From NCBI GenBank assembly GCA_963786955.1, contig CAWBAT010000006.1, positions 832,001 through 896,000 on the forward strand: DNA of 64,000 nucleotides. The letters run 5' to 3'. Shown here piece by piece: positions 38,059-49,600 of this stretch. The translations under genes and the position numbers were made by a program. The notes beneath the pieces were generated by a model that did not search any database, had not been told where the DNA came from, and was given only the letters and a program-made list of their open reading frames with translations. This DNA is from an uncultured Acidimicrobiia bacterium. Its GTDB lineage: Bacteria > Acidobacteriota > Terriglobia > Versatilivoradales > Versatilivoraceae. Every line of letters starts with the position of its first letter. Position 1 is the stretch's first letter.

Positions 38059-39534
38059 ATGAGCAAAGGCAGAAAGATCATTCTGGGAGCGGTTGGAGTC
38101 ATCGTCGTTGCCACCGGAATCACCGTTGCCATACATTATCGGAACAAAGACGTTGTGACCGTTCAGACGGGCAAAGTAGTTCAAATGGACAACCTGGTTC
38201 AGACCGTTTCGGCCTCCGGTGAAATCAAGCCTCTGAAATACATCAACATCACAGCTAACTCGTTCGGCCGGATCGTGGAGATAGCCGTTAAAGAGGGAGA
38301 CCATGTCAAGCAGGGTGATCCGTTGTTGAAGCAGGAATCGGTTCAGTCTTCAGCCGATTTGAGAAGCGCAGAGGCTTTGCTGCAACAAGTTAAGGATGAC
38401 CAAGAAGGCTTGGAGGCGGCTTATCGCTCTTCTGAAGCGATATTGAGGACATCACAGGCTGAACTGGTTCGTACCCGGGCCGACTACGATAAGGCCAAGA
38501 TTGACTATGATCGCATGCAGAATCTTCTTAAGGAAGGCCTGATCTCAAAATCGCAATTCGACCAGGCTAATTCCGCGTTTGAGGTTGCCAGGGCCCAGGT
38601 CGATTCAGCCATCGCCAGAGTCCAGCAATCTGAGGCTCAGCTCAAACAGTCTGACAAGGCCCGAATCTCGGCAAGCAGCCGGATCGTGCAGCAAAAAGGG
38701 GCTATCGCGCGAATTACGGATCAGGTCAGCAAAACGGTCTACCTCGCTCCCCTCACCGGGGTGGTGACCAATCTTCCGGTGCACGTCGGCGAGTCTGCGG
38801 TCCCGGGAATTCAAAATGCCATTGGCAGCAATCTCATGACGCTCGCCGATCTCTCCGTCATTACTGCTGAAGTAAAAGTTGACGAAACCGACATCGTGAA
38901 TGTCCAACTGGGTCAGGAGGCGGAAGTCACGGTCGATGCCATTCCAAACAAGATTTTCAAAGGGAAAGTGACCGAAGTGGGGAGTAGCGCATTGACTCGA
39001 AGCGGACAGGCAGCCGGTTCCGGGATCACCTCTTCGACAAGCCAGGAGGCAAAGGATTTCAAAGTGGTCGTTACTTTGTTGAATCCCACCGAACAACTCA
39101 AACCAGGGCTATCGACTACTGCAAAAATCACTACGGCTGTTCGTAATAATGTGCTTACTATTCCAATTCAGGCCTTGACCATTCGTGAATTGGACAAAGA
39201 AGGGGAAGCAGGCAAAAGCTCCTTGGTGGACCCTGAGACGGCCAAAGCCGCAAACTCCACTGAGAACAATGGGAAGGAGTCCTCTCGTCCTCTGGCGGGG
39301 AAGAACCCCAAAAAGAAGGAACAACAAGGTGTCTTTGTGGTTAAAGAAGAAAAGGCCCTCTTCGTTCCGGTCACAACCGGGATTACCGGTCAAACTGAAA
39401 TCGAAGTCTTGAGTGGTCTCAAAGCGGGTGATGAAATTGTCACCGGCAGTTACAAGACGTTACGCACTTTAGAGGCTGGCACTCGAATTAAGATCGACAA
39501 CAAAACTGTAGTAAAAGGAGAGAAGAAGGAATAA
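38059..39534 (+). CDS. Efflux periplasmic adaptor subunit (MacA/HlyD-like)
   Basis: N-terminal TM, VSASGEIKP, lipoyl halves (VKEGDHVKQGD, APLTGVV), long coiled coil, VDETDI, GLKAGDEIVTG. Confidence 0.9.
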   Translation: MSKGRKIILGAVGVIVVATGITVAIHYRNKDVVTVQTGKVVQMDNLVQTVSASGEIKPLKYINITANSFGRIVEIAVKEGDHVKQGDPLLKQESVQSSADLRSAEALLQQVKDDQEGLEAAYRSSEAILRTSQAELVRTRADYDKAKIDYDRMQNLLKEGLISKSQFDQANSAFEVARAQVDSAIARVQQSEAQLKQSDKARISASSRIVQQKGAIARITDQVSKTVYLAPLTGVVTNLPVHVGESAVPGIQNAIGSNLMTLADLSVITAEVKVDETDIVNVQLGQEAEVTVDAIPNKIFKGKVTEVGSSALTRSGQAAGSGITSSTSQEAKDFKVVVTLLNPTEQLKPGLSTTAKITTAVRNNVLTIPIQALTIRELDKEGEAGKSSLVDPETAKAANSTENNGKESSRPLAGKNPKKKEQQGVFVVKEEKALFVPVTTGITGQTEIEVLSGLKAGDEIVTGSYKTLRTLEAGTRIKIDNKTVVKGEKKE

Positions 39535-39614
39535 AGGCTTGGACATGGGGTGGTTTTGAGTTGGAATTCCCCCTACCCGCAATCGATCTCAAAGCGGGAA
39601 TGAATCGATAGTTC

Positions 39615-39779
39615 GTAGGAAACCGACGCGGTTCCGTTCCTGGTGAGAAATGGGGACGCTGCGGCGAGCGTTCCCTACGGTGCTAAAAAGCACAGCCGCT
39701 GTATCATGCTACGATTGCGGGTAGGGCGGTTTCGCCGAAACCGCCGACTGACGGCGCGCTGCGGCGAGCGCGCCCTACC
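39615..39779. repeat. Two GTAG-type REP doublets
   Basis: GTAGGAAAC...GCGTTCCCTAC and GGTAGGGCGGTTTCGCCGAAACCGCC...GCGCGCCCTACC; the latter recurs at 51756-51814. Confidence 0.7.
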
Positions 39780-39860
39780 TTAAACCCCAATTTTGCACCA
39801 GAAACCAGCCAAGGGTGATATTTAGATGTTTGAAACTTCAAGGTAAATTTCGAGGACAAA

Positions 39861-40583
39861 ATGGCCATTCCCCAAGTATCGAATGAAGACGGTTCCAACG
39901 GCCACCTCATACGGACGAACAACCTCTGGAAGACGTATCAGATGGGGGCAGAAAAGATCCACGCCTTGGCGGGAGTTTCATTCGATGTTGGCAAGAACGA
40001 GTACTTGGCGATCATGGGCCCCTCAGGCTCGGGAAAGTCTACCCTGATGAATCTGATTGGCTGTCTGGACACGCCGACCGAAGGTGAGTATTACATCAAT
40101 GGCCGGTTGGTCAGCTCAATGAATGATGACGAGTTGGCTTATATTCGAAACAAGGAAATTGGTTTTGTTTTTCAGACTTTCAACCTCTTACCCAGGGCCT
40201 CCGCTCTGCACAACGTTGAGCTACCGCTCATTTATAACGGAACTCCATCCCAAGCAAGGATTGAACGAGCCAAAAAAGCCCTGCAAATGGTTGAACTCGA
40301 GAACCGCATGCTGCATAAGCCCAACGAATTATCCGGAGGACAGCGCCAACGCGTGGCGATTGCCCGGGCTTTGGTCAACAATCCTTCAATCCTGCTGGCA
40401 GACGAACCCACGGGGAATCTGGATTCCCAGACGGGAATTGAAATCATGAAACTTTTCGACAAACTTCACAGCCAGGGAAACACCATCATCGTGGTCACTC
40501 ACGAACATGATGTTGCTGAATGTGCCCACCGCGTCATCCATCTCCGGGACGGGAAAGTAGCATCTGACGAAAAGAGGCGTTAA
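39861..40583 (+). CDS. ABC transporter ATP-binding protein (MacB/LolD-type NBD)
   Basis: [33 protein letters not shown]. Confidence 0.92.
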   Translation: MAIPQVSNEDGSNGHLIRTNNLWKTYQMGAEKIHALAGVSFDVGKNEYLAIMGPSGSGKSTLMNLIGCLDTPTEGEYYINGRLVSSMNDDELAYIRNKEIGFVFQTFNLLPRASALHNVELPLIYNGTPSQARIERAKKALQMVELENRMLHKPNELSGGQRQRVAIARALVNNPSILLADEPTGNLDSQTGIEIMKLFDKLHSQGNTIIVVTHEHDVAECAHRVIHLRDGKVASDEKRR

Positions 40584-40589
40584 GCATTC

Positions 40590-41228
40590 ATGCCAGCCGC
40601 TTGTCCATTATGCGAAGTGCGAAAAGCCAAGCGGTTTTGCCCCGCCAAGTCCACCCAGATTTGTTCTGTCTGTTGTGGTGAAAAACGTGAAAGAGAAATT
40701 TCTTGTCCTGCCGATTGTGTCTATCTGCAGTCCGGCCGGGAATACGAAACGGAGCGTTTAGCGAAACACTCCCCAACCCTGGCTAGGACTCCCAGACTCT
40801 GGGAACCTGCATTCCTCGAGCGGTATTACAGCATCACGATGGGGATCTGGTCCATCGTGTCAGAACAAAGAGAGCGACTCGTCGAGATCGTCGATCAAGA
40901 CGTAGGCGAAGCGCTGGAAGGCTTACTGAAGACTTACCGAACTCTCGAAAGCGGCATCTATTACGACCACGCACCCGCTTCTTATGGCGCGAAAAATATT
41001 TACGAGGCCGTCAAGGCGTACTTGGACAAAACCCATAATTCCATAGACGAGTCTGTCCCCCGGCTGAAGGTCAGTGAAATTCTGGATTGTTTGCAGTTCC
41101 AGAAGGAACTCTTCGAGGTTATTGCCCTGCCTCGCCCCAAGAGCCGAGCCTTTTTGGACCATATTCGGTCCAATGTCTCTCAAGCCCACCCTCCCCAAAG
41201 CCAGCAGTCCTCAATTATCATTCCTTAG
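40590..41228 (+). CDS. Hypothetical protein with Cys-rich zinc-finger-like N-terminus
   Basis: CPLC...RFCPA...ICSVCCG...CPADCVYL; ends SIIIP. Confidence 0.75.
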   Translation: MPAACPLCEVRKAKRFCPAKSTQICSVCCGEKREREISCPADCVYLQSGREYETERLAKHSPTLARTPRLWEPAFLERYYSITMGIWSIVSEQRERLVEIVDQDVGEALEGLLKTYRTLESGIYYDHAPASYGAKNIYEAVKAYLDKTHNSIDESVPRLKVSEILDCLQFQKELFEVIALPRPKSRAFLDHIRSNVSQAHPPQSQQSSIIIP

Positions 41229-41943
41229 GAGCTCGCGCGCTCTCGATCATTTCTATAATCTGCTGAACACTCCCTGAGGGGTCAGAACTGCCTGTAATCG
41301 GGCGGCCAATCACCAGGTAGTCGGCGCCCGCATGGACCGCCTCAGCCGGAGTAGCGATTCGTGTTTGATCATGAGAAGCGGATCCTGGTGGCCGGACCCC
41401 AGGGACAATGAGTTTCAAGGACTGGCCATACTGTTGGCGTAATCGCGGCAGTTCTTTGGGAGAGGCAACGACCCCATCTAATCCAGCCTTCAGCGCAAGA
41501 CCCGCAAGGAGGGCAACTTGTGTCTCCGCTTCGGCATGGACTCCAACCTCCTCTAAATCGGTGTCACTCATGCTCGTTAGCACGGTTACCCCTAGCAGCA
41601 AAGGCCTCCGAGAGCTCATCCGAGATTCTCGAACCTGTTGGGCTGCGGACTCTAACATCGACAATCCCCCCAGGGTATGAAGCGTCAGCATAGAGACGCC
41701 CATGCTAGCCGCCACCGAGACAGCCCTGGCAACCGTATTCGGGATGTCGTGAAACTTAAGGTCCAAAAAGACCTTTTCTCCCAGTTCGATAATCTCTCGA
41801 ACTATTGCCGGACCTTCGGCAGTAAAGAGCTGGCTCCCGATCTTAAATATGCCTACTTGAGCTCTGAGTTGACGCGCGAGGCTCAAAGCGATCGCCCGGC
41901 TGTCCGTATCTAGGGCAACAATGATCCGATCTTTCGTCGTCAT
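41218..41943 (-). CDS. pyrF: Orotidine-5'-phosphate decarboxylase
   Basis: IIVALD, FLDLKFHDIPNTV, VTVLTS, PGVR, DQ.R..TP, VIGRPI. Confidence 0.97.
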   Translation of the reverse strand: MTTKDRIIVALDTDSRAIALSLARQLRAQVGIFKIGSQLFTAEGPAIVREIIELGEKVFLDLKFHDIPNTVARAVSVAASMGVSMLTLHTLGGLSMLESAAQQVRESRMSSRRPLLLGVTVLTSMSDTDLEEVGVHAEAETQVALLAGLALKAGLDGVVASPKELPRLRQQYGQSLKLIVPGVRPPGSASHDQTRIATPAEAVHAGADYLVIGRPITGSSDPSGSVQQIIEMIESARAPKE

Positions 41944-41986
41944 GTTCCTTCACCCCTGCACCCAAAACGAGTGCACTTCTAATGCT

Positions 41987-42364
41987 GTAGCCGGCCTCGT
42001 TGAGGCCAGCCGGGTTCACCGACCCATGAGCGCTAACTTTATAAGGCTTTCCTCGCCTGCCGCCGGAATAACGAAACGCCAAGAGCGCCAAGAAAAGAGA
42101 ATATACTTCGGTCAACCGCCTGATCTTATCCTACCCGCAGTTCTTCAGGATGGTTTCTGGCTACCCGCTGGATGCCGTCGCGCAACAAAATCACGTTCCA
42201 AATCCTTAGCTACTTTGTCGGCGGAAATGAAGGCTCCTAGTCTTGGCGACCTTTGCGTTCTTGGCGTTTCCAAATTCCGGGCGTTATCTGCTCAACCGAG
42301 GATCCCGCAATGAACCGAAGATCCAAGCTTAAGTGAGCGCTCATGGGTCAGCGCCCCCGGTTAC
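41987..42364. repeat. Nested repeat: REP arms > 19-bp inverted repeats > CGCCAAGA-type inverted repeats
   Basis: GTAGCCGG...CCGGTTAC outside; GACCCATGAGCGCTAACTT (42021-42039) and AAGTGAGCGCTCATGGGTC (42331-42349); AAACGCCAAGAGCGCCAAGA and TCTTGGCGACC...TTCTTGGCGTTT inside. Confidence 0.65.
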
Positions 42365-42370
42365 AACGGG

Positions 42371-43285
42371 TTAGCTGAGTTTCAAACTGCCGATCAAAGT
42401 ACTCAGACGCTCAATCCCTTGTCGCTTACAGTATCGGTGCAGTCCCTCGATGATCTTGATCGGAGCTTGCGGATCCAGGAAGTTTGCCGTCCCCACTTCA
42501 ACGGCTTGCGCACCCGCCAAGAGGAACTCCAACGCGTCTTCCGCTGTAAAAATGCCTCCGATCCCGATCACGGGAATGCGGACCGCTCGAACAACCTGAA
42601 ATACCATGCGTAAGGCGACCGGTTTAATGGCTGGGCCAGAGAGGCCCCCTGTAAGATTCCCGAGGCGGGGTTCTCGAGACTCAACGTCCACAGACATCCC
42701 CAGCAACGTGTTGATCAAAGACAACGCATCGGCTCCCGCCTCTTCAGCGGCCCGAGCAATTACTGTAATATCGGTGACGTTGGGAGATAACTTGACGATC
42801 ACGGGCAACCGCGCAATTTGTTTAATTGCGCGAACCACTTCATGGGTCGCAATAGGATCCGTACCGTAGACGATCCCACCCTTTTTCACATTCGGGCAAG
42901 ATATATTGATCTCGTATCCAGAGAGTCCTTCCGAATCATTCAGCCCATGAACCACCTCAACATATTCTTCCGGGCTGCTCCCAAAGACATTCGCGAAGAT
43001 TCGCGTATTGTACTTTCGGAGTCGCGGCAGTTTCTCCGATACGAATCGTCGAACTCCAACGTTTTGCAGACCGATCGCATTCAACATGCCCGAGGCAGTC
43101 TCATGCAGTCGGGGCGGAGGAGCCCCCTTCATTGGCTGGGCCGAAAGGCCCTTCACGACAAATCCACCCAAGAGATCCAGGTTGATCAGTTCGCTGAACT
43201 CTTCCCCGTAGCCAAAAGTTCCGCTAGCGGTGATAACCGGGTTCTTAAGCTCAATTCCAGCTACTTTCGTCGAAAGGTCCACCAT
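42371..43285 (-). CDS. pyrD: Dihydroorotate dehydrogenase (family 1, catalytic subunit)
   Basis: [47 protein letters not shown]. Confidence 0.96.
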   Translation of the reverse strand: MVDLSTKVAGIELKNPVITASGTFGYGEEFSELINLDLLGGFVVKGLSAQPMKGAPPPRLHETASGMLNAIGLQNVGVRRFVSEKLPRLRKYNTRIFANVFGSSPEEYVEVVHGLNDSEGLSGYEINISCPNVKKGGIVYGTDPIATHEVVRAIKQIARLPVIVKLSPNVTDITVIARAAEEAGADALSLINTLLGMSVDVESREPRLGNLTGGLSGPAIKPVALRMVFQVVRAVRIPVIGIGGIFTAEDALEFLLAGAQAVEVGTANFLDPQAPIKIIEGLHRYCKRQGIERLSTLIGSLKLS

Positions 43286-43381
43286 TGATTTCTGTCGGTC
43301 TTAACGTGGGACTTCCAAAATTCCAAGTGGGTATCTTATCAGACTGCCATTGTTGAACCTACTGATTGATCTTAGACCATT

Positions 43382-43737
43382 CTCTCGCCAAGACGCAAAG
43401 GACGCCAAGAATTAGATGGCATAGGAACCAGATTCATCGCATCACTCAGGATATTGCCCTCGCAACACATGGCCAGATTGGGCAATGTTTGCTGGAAACT
43501 TCATATTTTGAAAAACTTGCTCAAACATCCCATGGCATGGGTTGTGGACGGCCTCCCATGAATCTGTTGAGCCCTTAGAGACCTTTCCGCCCCACAATCC
43601 CTGGGACCCAACCGCATCTTAATTTAGCTTCCAACAACCCTGACGCAAGTTCATTAGGTGCTGAAAGGCTGTATTTAAAAAGATCCGACTTGAGAACGTC
43701 TCATCTATTCTCTGCGTCCTTTGCGCCTTGGCGAGAG
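43382..43737 (+). pseudogene. Decayed GxxExxY-family relic flanked by CGCCAAG/CGCAAAG inverted repeats
   Basis: HGQIGQCLLETSYFEKLA resembles H..LGPGLLESVYE..LA; GAERLYLKR at about 43657-43683; inverted repeats at 43382-43410 and 43709-43737. Confidence 0.55.
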
Positions 43738-43823
43738 GGCTTTCTTTTTCTCCTTAGAGTGCCCTCTCTAGAACAAACTAAAAATGATAATGGTATACTC
43801 ACGACCGTTGAGCGCACAACAAT

Positions 43824-46402
43824 ATGCCGAATATCGAATCCATCATTTCTCACCTTTGTCTTGAACTGCTGAGGGAAACAATCCTCGAAGCCGGCGGGAA
43901 TGAAGTCTTTTTCCTTGCCAAGCCTGATGCCGAACGTCAGATCGTTGAAATCACGCCCTTGGCCCGGGGAAATGACTCGGCAGTTCCGGCCCTGATGCAG
44001 GTAGCCACCCAGGGAGACGTGATCATTCATAATCATCCTTCCGGCCACTTAACGCCTTCCGCAGCGGATCTCTCCATCGCTTCAGAGTATGGAAACCAAG
44101 GGGTCGGGTTTTACATCGTGAACAACCCTGTTGACGAGGTTTATGTGGTTGTTGAGGCTTTCCAACGGCAAAAACTCCAGCAACTCCAATTGTCAGAAAT
44201 GGTCGAACTTGTTTCGGAGAAAGGAGCGGTCGCCCGCAAACTTAAGAATTTTGAATCCCGGCCCGAGCAACAACGGATGATTGAGGCAGTCGCTCATTCG
44301 TTCAATCATTCCAAGATTGCCTTGATCGAAGCAGGAACAGGTACCGGCAAGAGCCTCTCTTACTTGATTCCTTCGATATTTTGGGCCGTGCAGAATAAAC
44401 AGCGGGTTGTTGTTTCAACCAATACCATCAATCTTCAAGAACAGTTGATTAACAAAGACCTTCCTCTTCTTCGGGAGGCCTTAAAGCTCCCTTTCCGTTC
44501 AGAACTCGTGAAAGGACGCGGCAACTACGTCTGCTTGAGTAAAGTGGAAATGTTGGAGAAAGAAGGAGAACAGTTGATTGAGACTGAGGAACAAACGGAG
44601 CTGAAAGCAATCCTCAATTGGTCGCACAAGACAACCGACGGAAGTCGATCCGACTTAACCATCCTTCCCCGACCAGCCATTTGGGAAAAAGTGGCGTGCG
44701 AGAGCGACAATTGCGGACGAATCCGCTGTTCTCATTACAATCCCTGTTTCTTTTTTAACGCTCGACGCCAGGCGGCCTCGGCTGATTTACTGATCGTCAA
44801 CCACCACTTACTTTTCTCGGATCTAGCGATTCGTGGGGAAACGGGCCGGTACAACGATGCCGCCATCATGCCTGCCTATTCCCACATCATTCTCGATGAG
44901 GCGCATAATGTTGAGGAGGTCGCCACCGAATATTTTGGCACGCAGATATCCCGACTCGGATTCCTCCGGATCCTCGGTCGCTTTTACAGCCTCAAAGACC
45001 GGGAAAAGATCCGGGAAAGGGGGCTTCTGCCCTTTCTTCTGGCCAAACTGAAATCGGTGGAAAAGAAAATTCCCCTGAAGGATTACTTGCGTTGTGTTGA
45101 GCTGATTCAACAGCGGGTGATCCCTCAGCGCGATAACCTATCCTTCGCCGTAGAAAATTCTTTCAGTGAAATCGCCCGCTTTTTCCGAGACTCTACAGCA
45201 ATACCCTCACAGTCAAGAGCAGAAGCGAAAATACGGTTTACGGATGAACTCCGCAGACAGCCGCAGTGGCAGTCCTTAGTTCTCGTGACGGTCGCTCAAT
45301 GGATCGGGGAGATTCAGAATTTTCATCGACTGTTGCTGCATCTCGAAAAAGAGTTGCAGACCTTAGAGGAAGACGTGACCGGGCCTCTCTTCCCCCTGCT
45401 CGTGGAGCTAAAGGCCCTTACCGACCGGATCGAAACGTCTGCCTCAGTTTTGGGAGAGATCTTTGGTGAACCGGACGACAAGAAAGTCCGTTGGGTGGAA
45501 ATACGACCAGGCAAATCGGGTCCATTGATTACTTTGAAACAAGCCCCACTCAGTGTGGCTGGGCTCCTTCAAGAAAAGGTTTTTGACCGTTTTGCCACCA
45601 TTGTTATGTCGAGTGCCACTTTGACCACGAACCAACATTTTGAATACATTAAAAGCAGGCTCGGGCTTCAACGTCTTTCTCCGGAAAAACTAATCGAAGT
45701 CCTGCTTCCCTCCTCTTTCAACTATTCTGAGCAGGTCATCCTCGGAATCCCTAAGGATGTTCCCTCTCCGGATCATCCCGATTTTGCGAAGGAACTCGAG
45801 AGAACTGGTGAAGCGGTCGATCGAAATTTCTGAAGGCAGAGCGCTCGTCCTGTTCACTTCCTACTCCCTTCTACACCGCCTTTTCAAGGAATGCCAGGCT
45901 CCCCTGGAAGCGGGAGGCTTTCAAGCGCTGATGCAGGGTCAAGCGCCCCGCCATCGCTTGCTGGAAATCTTTCGAGGGATGCGACCAGTGTTCTGTTTGC
46001 GACCGACAGCTTTTGGGAGGGAGTCGATGTGGTCGGAGAGTCTCTGGAAAATGTCATCTTGACCAAGCTGCCTTTAGCGTGCCTAAGGAACCGGTCATTG
46101 AAGCCAGAGTGGAAGCTCTTGAGCGCGATGGTAAAAACTCATTTCTTGAATACAGTGTGCCCCAGGCCGTCATCAAATTCAAACAGGGCTTTGGGCGTTT
46201 GATCCGAAGTCGCGAGGATTTTGGTTCGATTATGATTTTTGACCGGCGAATTCTCGAGAAGTCTTACGGCAGGGTCTTTTTGGCGTCGCTCCCGGACTGC
46301 CAGCTTGTTTCGGGTGAAAAGGAAGTGGTGTTTGGGAAAGTGGGCGAGTTTTTCTCAATCGAAGGAAATCCCGGAAGGCCGCCACAAAAAAATGGTGAGT
46401 AA
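43824..46402 (+). CDS. DinG/YoaA-family helicase with N-terminal JAB/MPN domain; three apparent indels (about 45802, 45975, 46073)
   Basis: NEVFF...HNHPSG.L.PS..D JAB motif; EAGTGTGKS; Fe-S Cys cluster; LDEAH; later frames give LVLFTSY, SFWEGVDV.G, QGFGRLIR. Confidence 0.85.
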
Positions 46403-46468
46403 GCAGATTTACCAAATTCTCGCTTGCGGGACCTTCGCCGAAAACAGTTTAACCGGGAGAGTGGCGAG

Positions 46469-46609
46469 TACTGGGTTTCATAAAGACACTAGCGTATCTA
46501 CGTGCTGCCAGCAAACGGGGTGGAGCGGGCGCTCCGTCGCACGCTGAACGCGCGCGGGAGCGCGCGTTCCACCTTCAAGAATACGTGGCCATACTTATGA
46601 AACGCAGTA
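46469..46609. mobile_element. MITE-like element with TACTG(G/C)GTTTCATAA terminal repeats enclosing a GGTGGAGCG-type REP
   Basis: TACTGGGTTTCATAA...TTATGAAACGCAGTA. Confidence 0.65.
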
Positions 46610-46629
46610 CTAAAATGTGCTGCGGACGG

Positions 46630-49600
46630 TCAAGGCATTGAAATCCGGTGGATCATCACATTGGGTCGTGTTGCCAGGATGTCATTGACCACCTTTTGAA
46701 TTTCATTGATCTGGAAGGGCTTGCCCACTACAACGTCGACACCCTTCTGTTGTGCTTGTTCGTTGTCTATCGTAATCCCCCAACCTGTCATTAAGATCAC
46801 TTGGGTGGAAGAATTGATGGATTTTACGGTGGAAGCGACCTCCCAGCCACTGACTTCGGGCATCCCCAAATCGGTGATCACCAGGTCCGGCGCATAGTTG
46901 CGGCACATTTCGATGCCTTCTTTCCCACCGGAAGCCGTGAAGACTTCATGCCCTTGCTCCTGAAACAGCTCCGCCAGCAAATCTCGAATGGGATCCTCGT
47001 CATCAATAATGAGGAATCGAGCCCTCTTCTTTTGAGGGATGATTTTCTCTTCCACCAATGGGTGGACAGCTTGCTCATTGACAGGAAATAAATTACGAAC
47101 GGTCGTCCCTTTGCCCAATTCACTATTAATCTCAATCTCCCCTTTGTGCCGGTTGATGATCCCGTAGGCCACACTCATTCCGAGCCCATTTCCCTTGACC
47201 CCTTTCGTGGTAAAGAAGGGATCAAATACCCGCCGCCTGGTCTCTTCGTCCATGCCGCGACCCCAGTCCGTTAAAACACAAAAACCTTGTTCCCAGAGGT
47301 CCCGGCTTGGATATGAATTTTCCCTCCTCCTGGCATGGCGTCCAACGCATTGAAAATGATATTGGTGAAGACCTCAATGAGTTCTGAGCGCTCGCCTGCA
47401 ATGGGCCGGACCTGCTCGTATTGAATGGAGATGTCATACTGAACTCCATTGACATGGGCGGTGTCCTCCCACCGTGTCCGGGTCATTGAAAGGGTATCCT
47501 CGATGAATCTGGATGAGATCCACGTGTTTAAATGCCTGGTCCGACTGTTTGCGCGTAAATTCCTGCAACCTTTTTATGGTGAATGCTCCGTCGACAGCCG
47601 CCTTCTCGATGATGTCAAGACCTCTTAAAATGGTCAGGTCCTGAATCTGTCCTTTCATGAGCTGCGCCCTGCCAATGATGGCCCCCAGAATGTTGTTGAA
47701 ATCGTGGGCCACCCCGGCAGACATTTCCCCCAAAGCGCGCAGTTTCTCTGACTTAATCAGCTGATCTTGGGTTGCCTGAAGGTCGGAGTAGGATTGTTCT
47801 AATTCGGTATAAAGCCGAGCATTCTTCAAGAGCATTGCCGAGCCCGCCTGCTACAGTACTGAGCAAATCGATTTGGTCACTCGAGAATCCCTCTTCTTTC
47901 GCGCTCCCTAGGTTTAAAGTCCCTAGACAAAGATCCTCCGAGATGATTGGGATGGATACCGCAGAGTGAATCCCTTGAGTGGTGAGATAAGGGGAGGCAT
48001 GGGAAATGATATCATTCAAGTTCCTCGAATAGTAAGGTTTCTTCGTTTCTACCGCGGTCTTCATCACCGTTTCGGATCCGGGGATGAGCATCCCTTTACA
48101 AAAACCCGCCGTGATGTTTTCTCCATAGACATTGACCAACTCAAATGTATCGTTTTCTGCTTGAAAGATCGCGATGCTGCATTTTTCGAAGGAAACAACA
48201 CGATTTAATTGGGTGGTAATTTTCCGGAATAGCTTATCGATATCGAGATTCAGACTAGCTTCACGCGTAATCTCATTAACCACTGCCAATCGGGTTGCCC
48301 GCTCCTCGGCTTCCCGGTAAAGTCGTGCATTCGAGATCGCGACAGCAGCCTGGTCAGCTAGGGTCGAAAGCAAATTAAGGTCGTCCTCGTCATACGCTTT
48401 TCGTTCCTGGAAGTCCTGAAGCACGATCACGCCGATCGATTTTTCATCCGGACATTAACGGAACCCCAACCCAGGATTGCGGGATGGCAATCGGCCGCTT
48501 CCCTGTTACCTCCGTGAAGATCCCTTCGTAGTGATCCAAAATGAGAAATGGGGTATGGGATTGGAGAACATGGCCGATCAGGCTTTCCGGAGACAAGGTC
48601 CGCACCGTGGACCTTTTTCTTCCCCGTGACACCTCGAATTTCACTTCAATTCGGTTCTGATCTTCTTCTAATAGGGCAATCAGGAAGTCTTCGCTTGGCA
48701 ATACGCGCGTCACCTGTTGGTAGATGAGTTCGAACAAGACTGTTAATATGGAGTTCCGAGCTGATCGCTTTACCCACACTGTTCAGCGTTTGGAGTGCAC
48801 CAGCCTTTCGTTTGATTTCTGAGTAGAGATCGGCGTTATTGATCCAGGTCGCAAGATACTCACTCAAGGCTTCCAGGACTTTGATATCCTGATCATCAAA
48901 CGCCTGAAATTTTTCACTCTCTATGGTAATGACTCCAATCGGCCTGGAAGCAGACTGGAAGGGGATGCAGAGTTGGGATCGACTGCCTTCCAGCAGTGCT
49001 TTGTCGAGAAAGGCTTTCTCTTCGGATACCGTCCTGTAATAGAGTCTGTTTGCCTGTCATGGCGCGACCCAACAGACTGTTCTCAAGTTTGGCGCGTCTT
49101 CGGGAAGGTTATTCCCAACATGATTTCCCGCCTGAGCCCGAAGCCAAGGATGGCCGAAGTCGTCCAGTGTGAAAATACTGATGTGCCGGAATTGAAAATG
49201 GCGCTGCAAGAGCCTCGCATACTCTTGGAAAACACGGTTGATATCCAGGATGGACGAGAGAGACCGGCTAATTTCGTGGATGAGCAATAGCTGAAGAGTT
49301 CGTTTCCGTTCACTTTCGAAAACCCTGGCCTTCTCCAAAGCAGCGGAGATAGGCTGGGAGAGGCTGATCAGGAATGTAAAGCGTTCCTCGGACACTCCTT
49401 CCGTTTCGTTGCCATGACCGGCAAGAAGCACGAAGGCTGTCTTCCCGTTCTCACGCAATGGGATGAGGACAACAGTCGAGGACTGCAGATGGTTCAACAG
49501 AGACATTTCACCCAAGAGTTCGGAATGGGTTCTCTTCTTGAGCAAAACGGACTCCCCGTCATCGAGCATCCCCATGAATTGGGTCTCTCTAAGGTCAAGG

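Noticed and set aside
43824-46402. Type IV CRISPR CasDinG or a ubiquitin-like defence system
   Set aside because: No cas, E1/E2 or Ubl genes and no array; the context is housekeeping.
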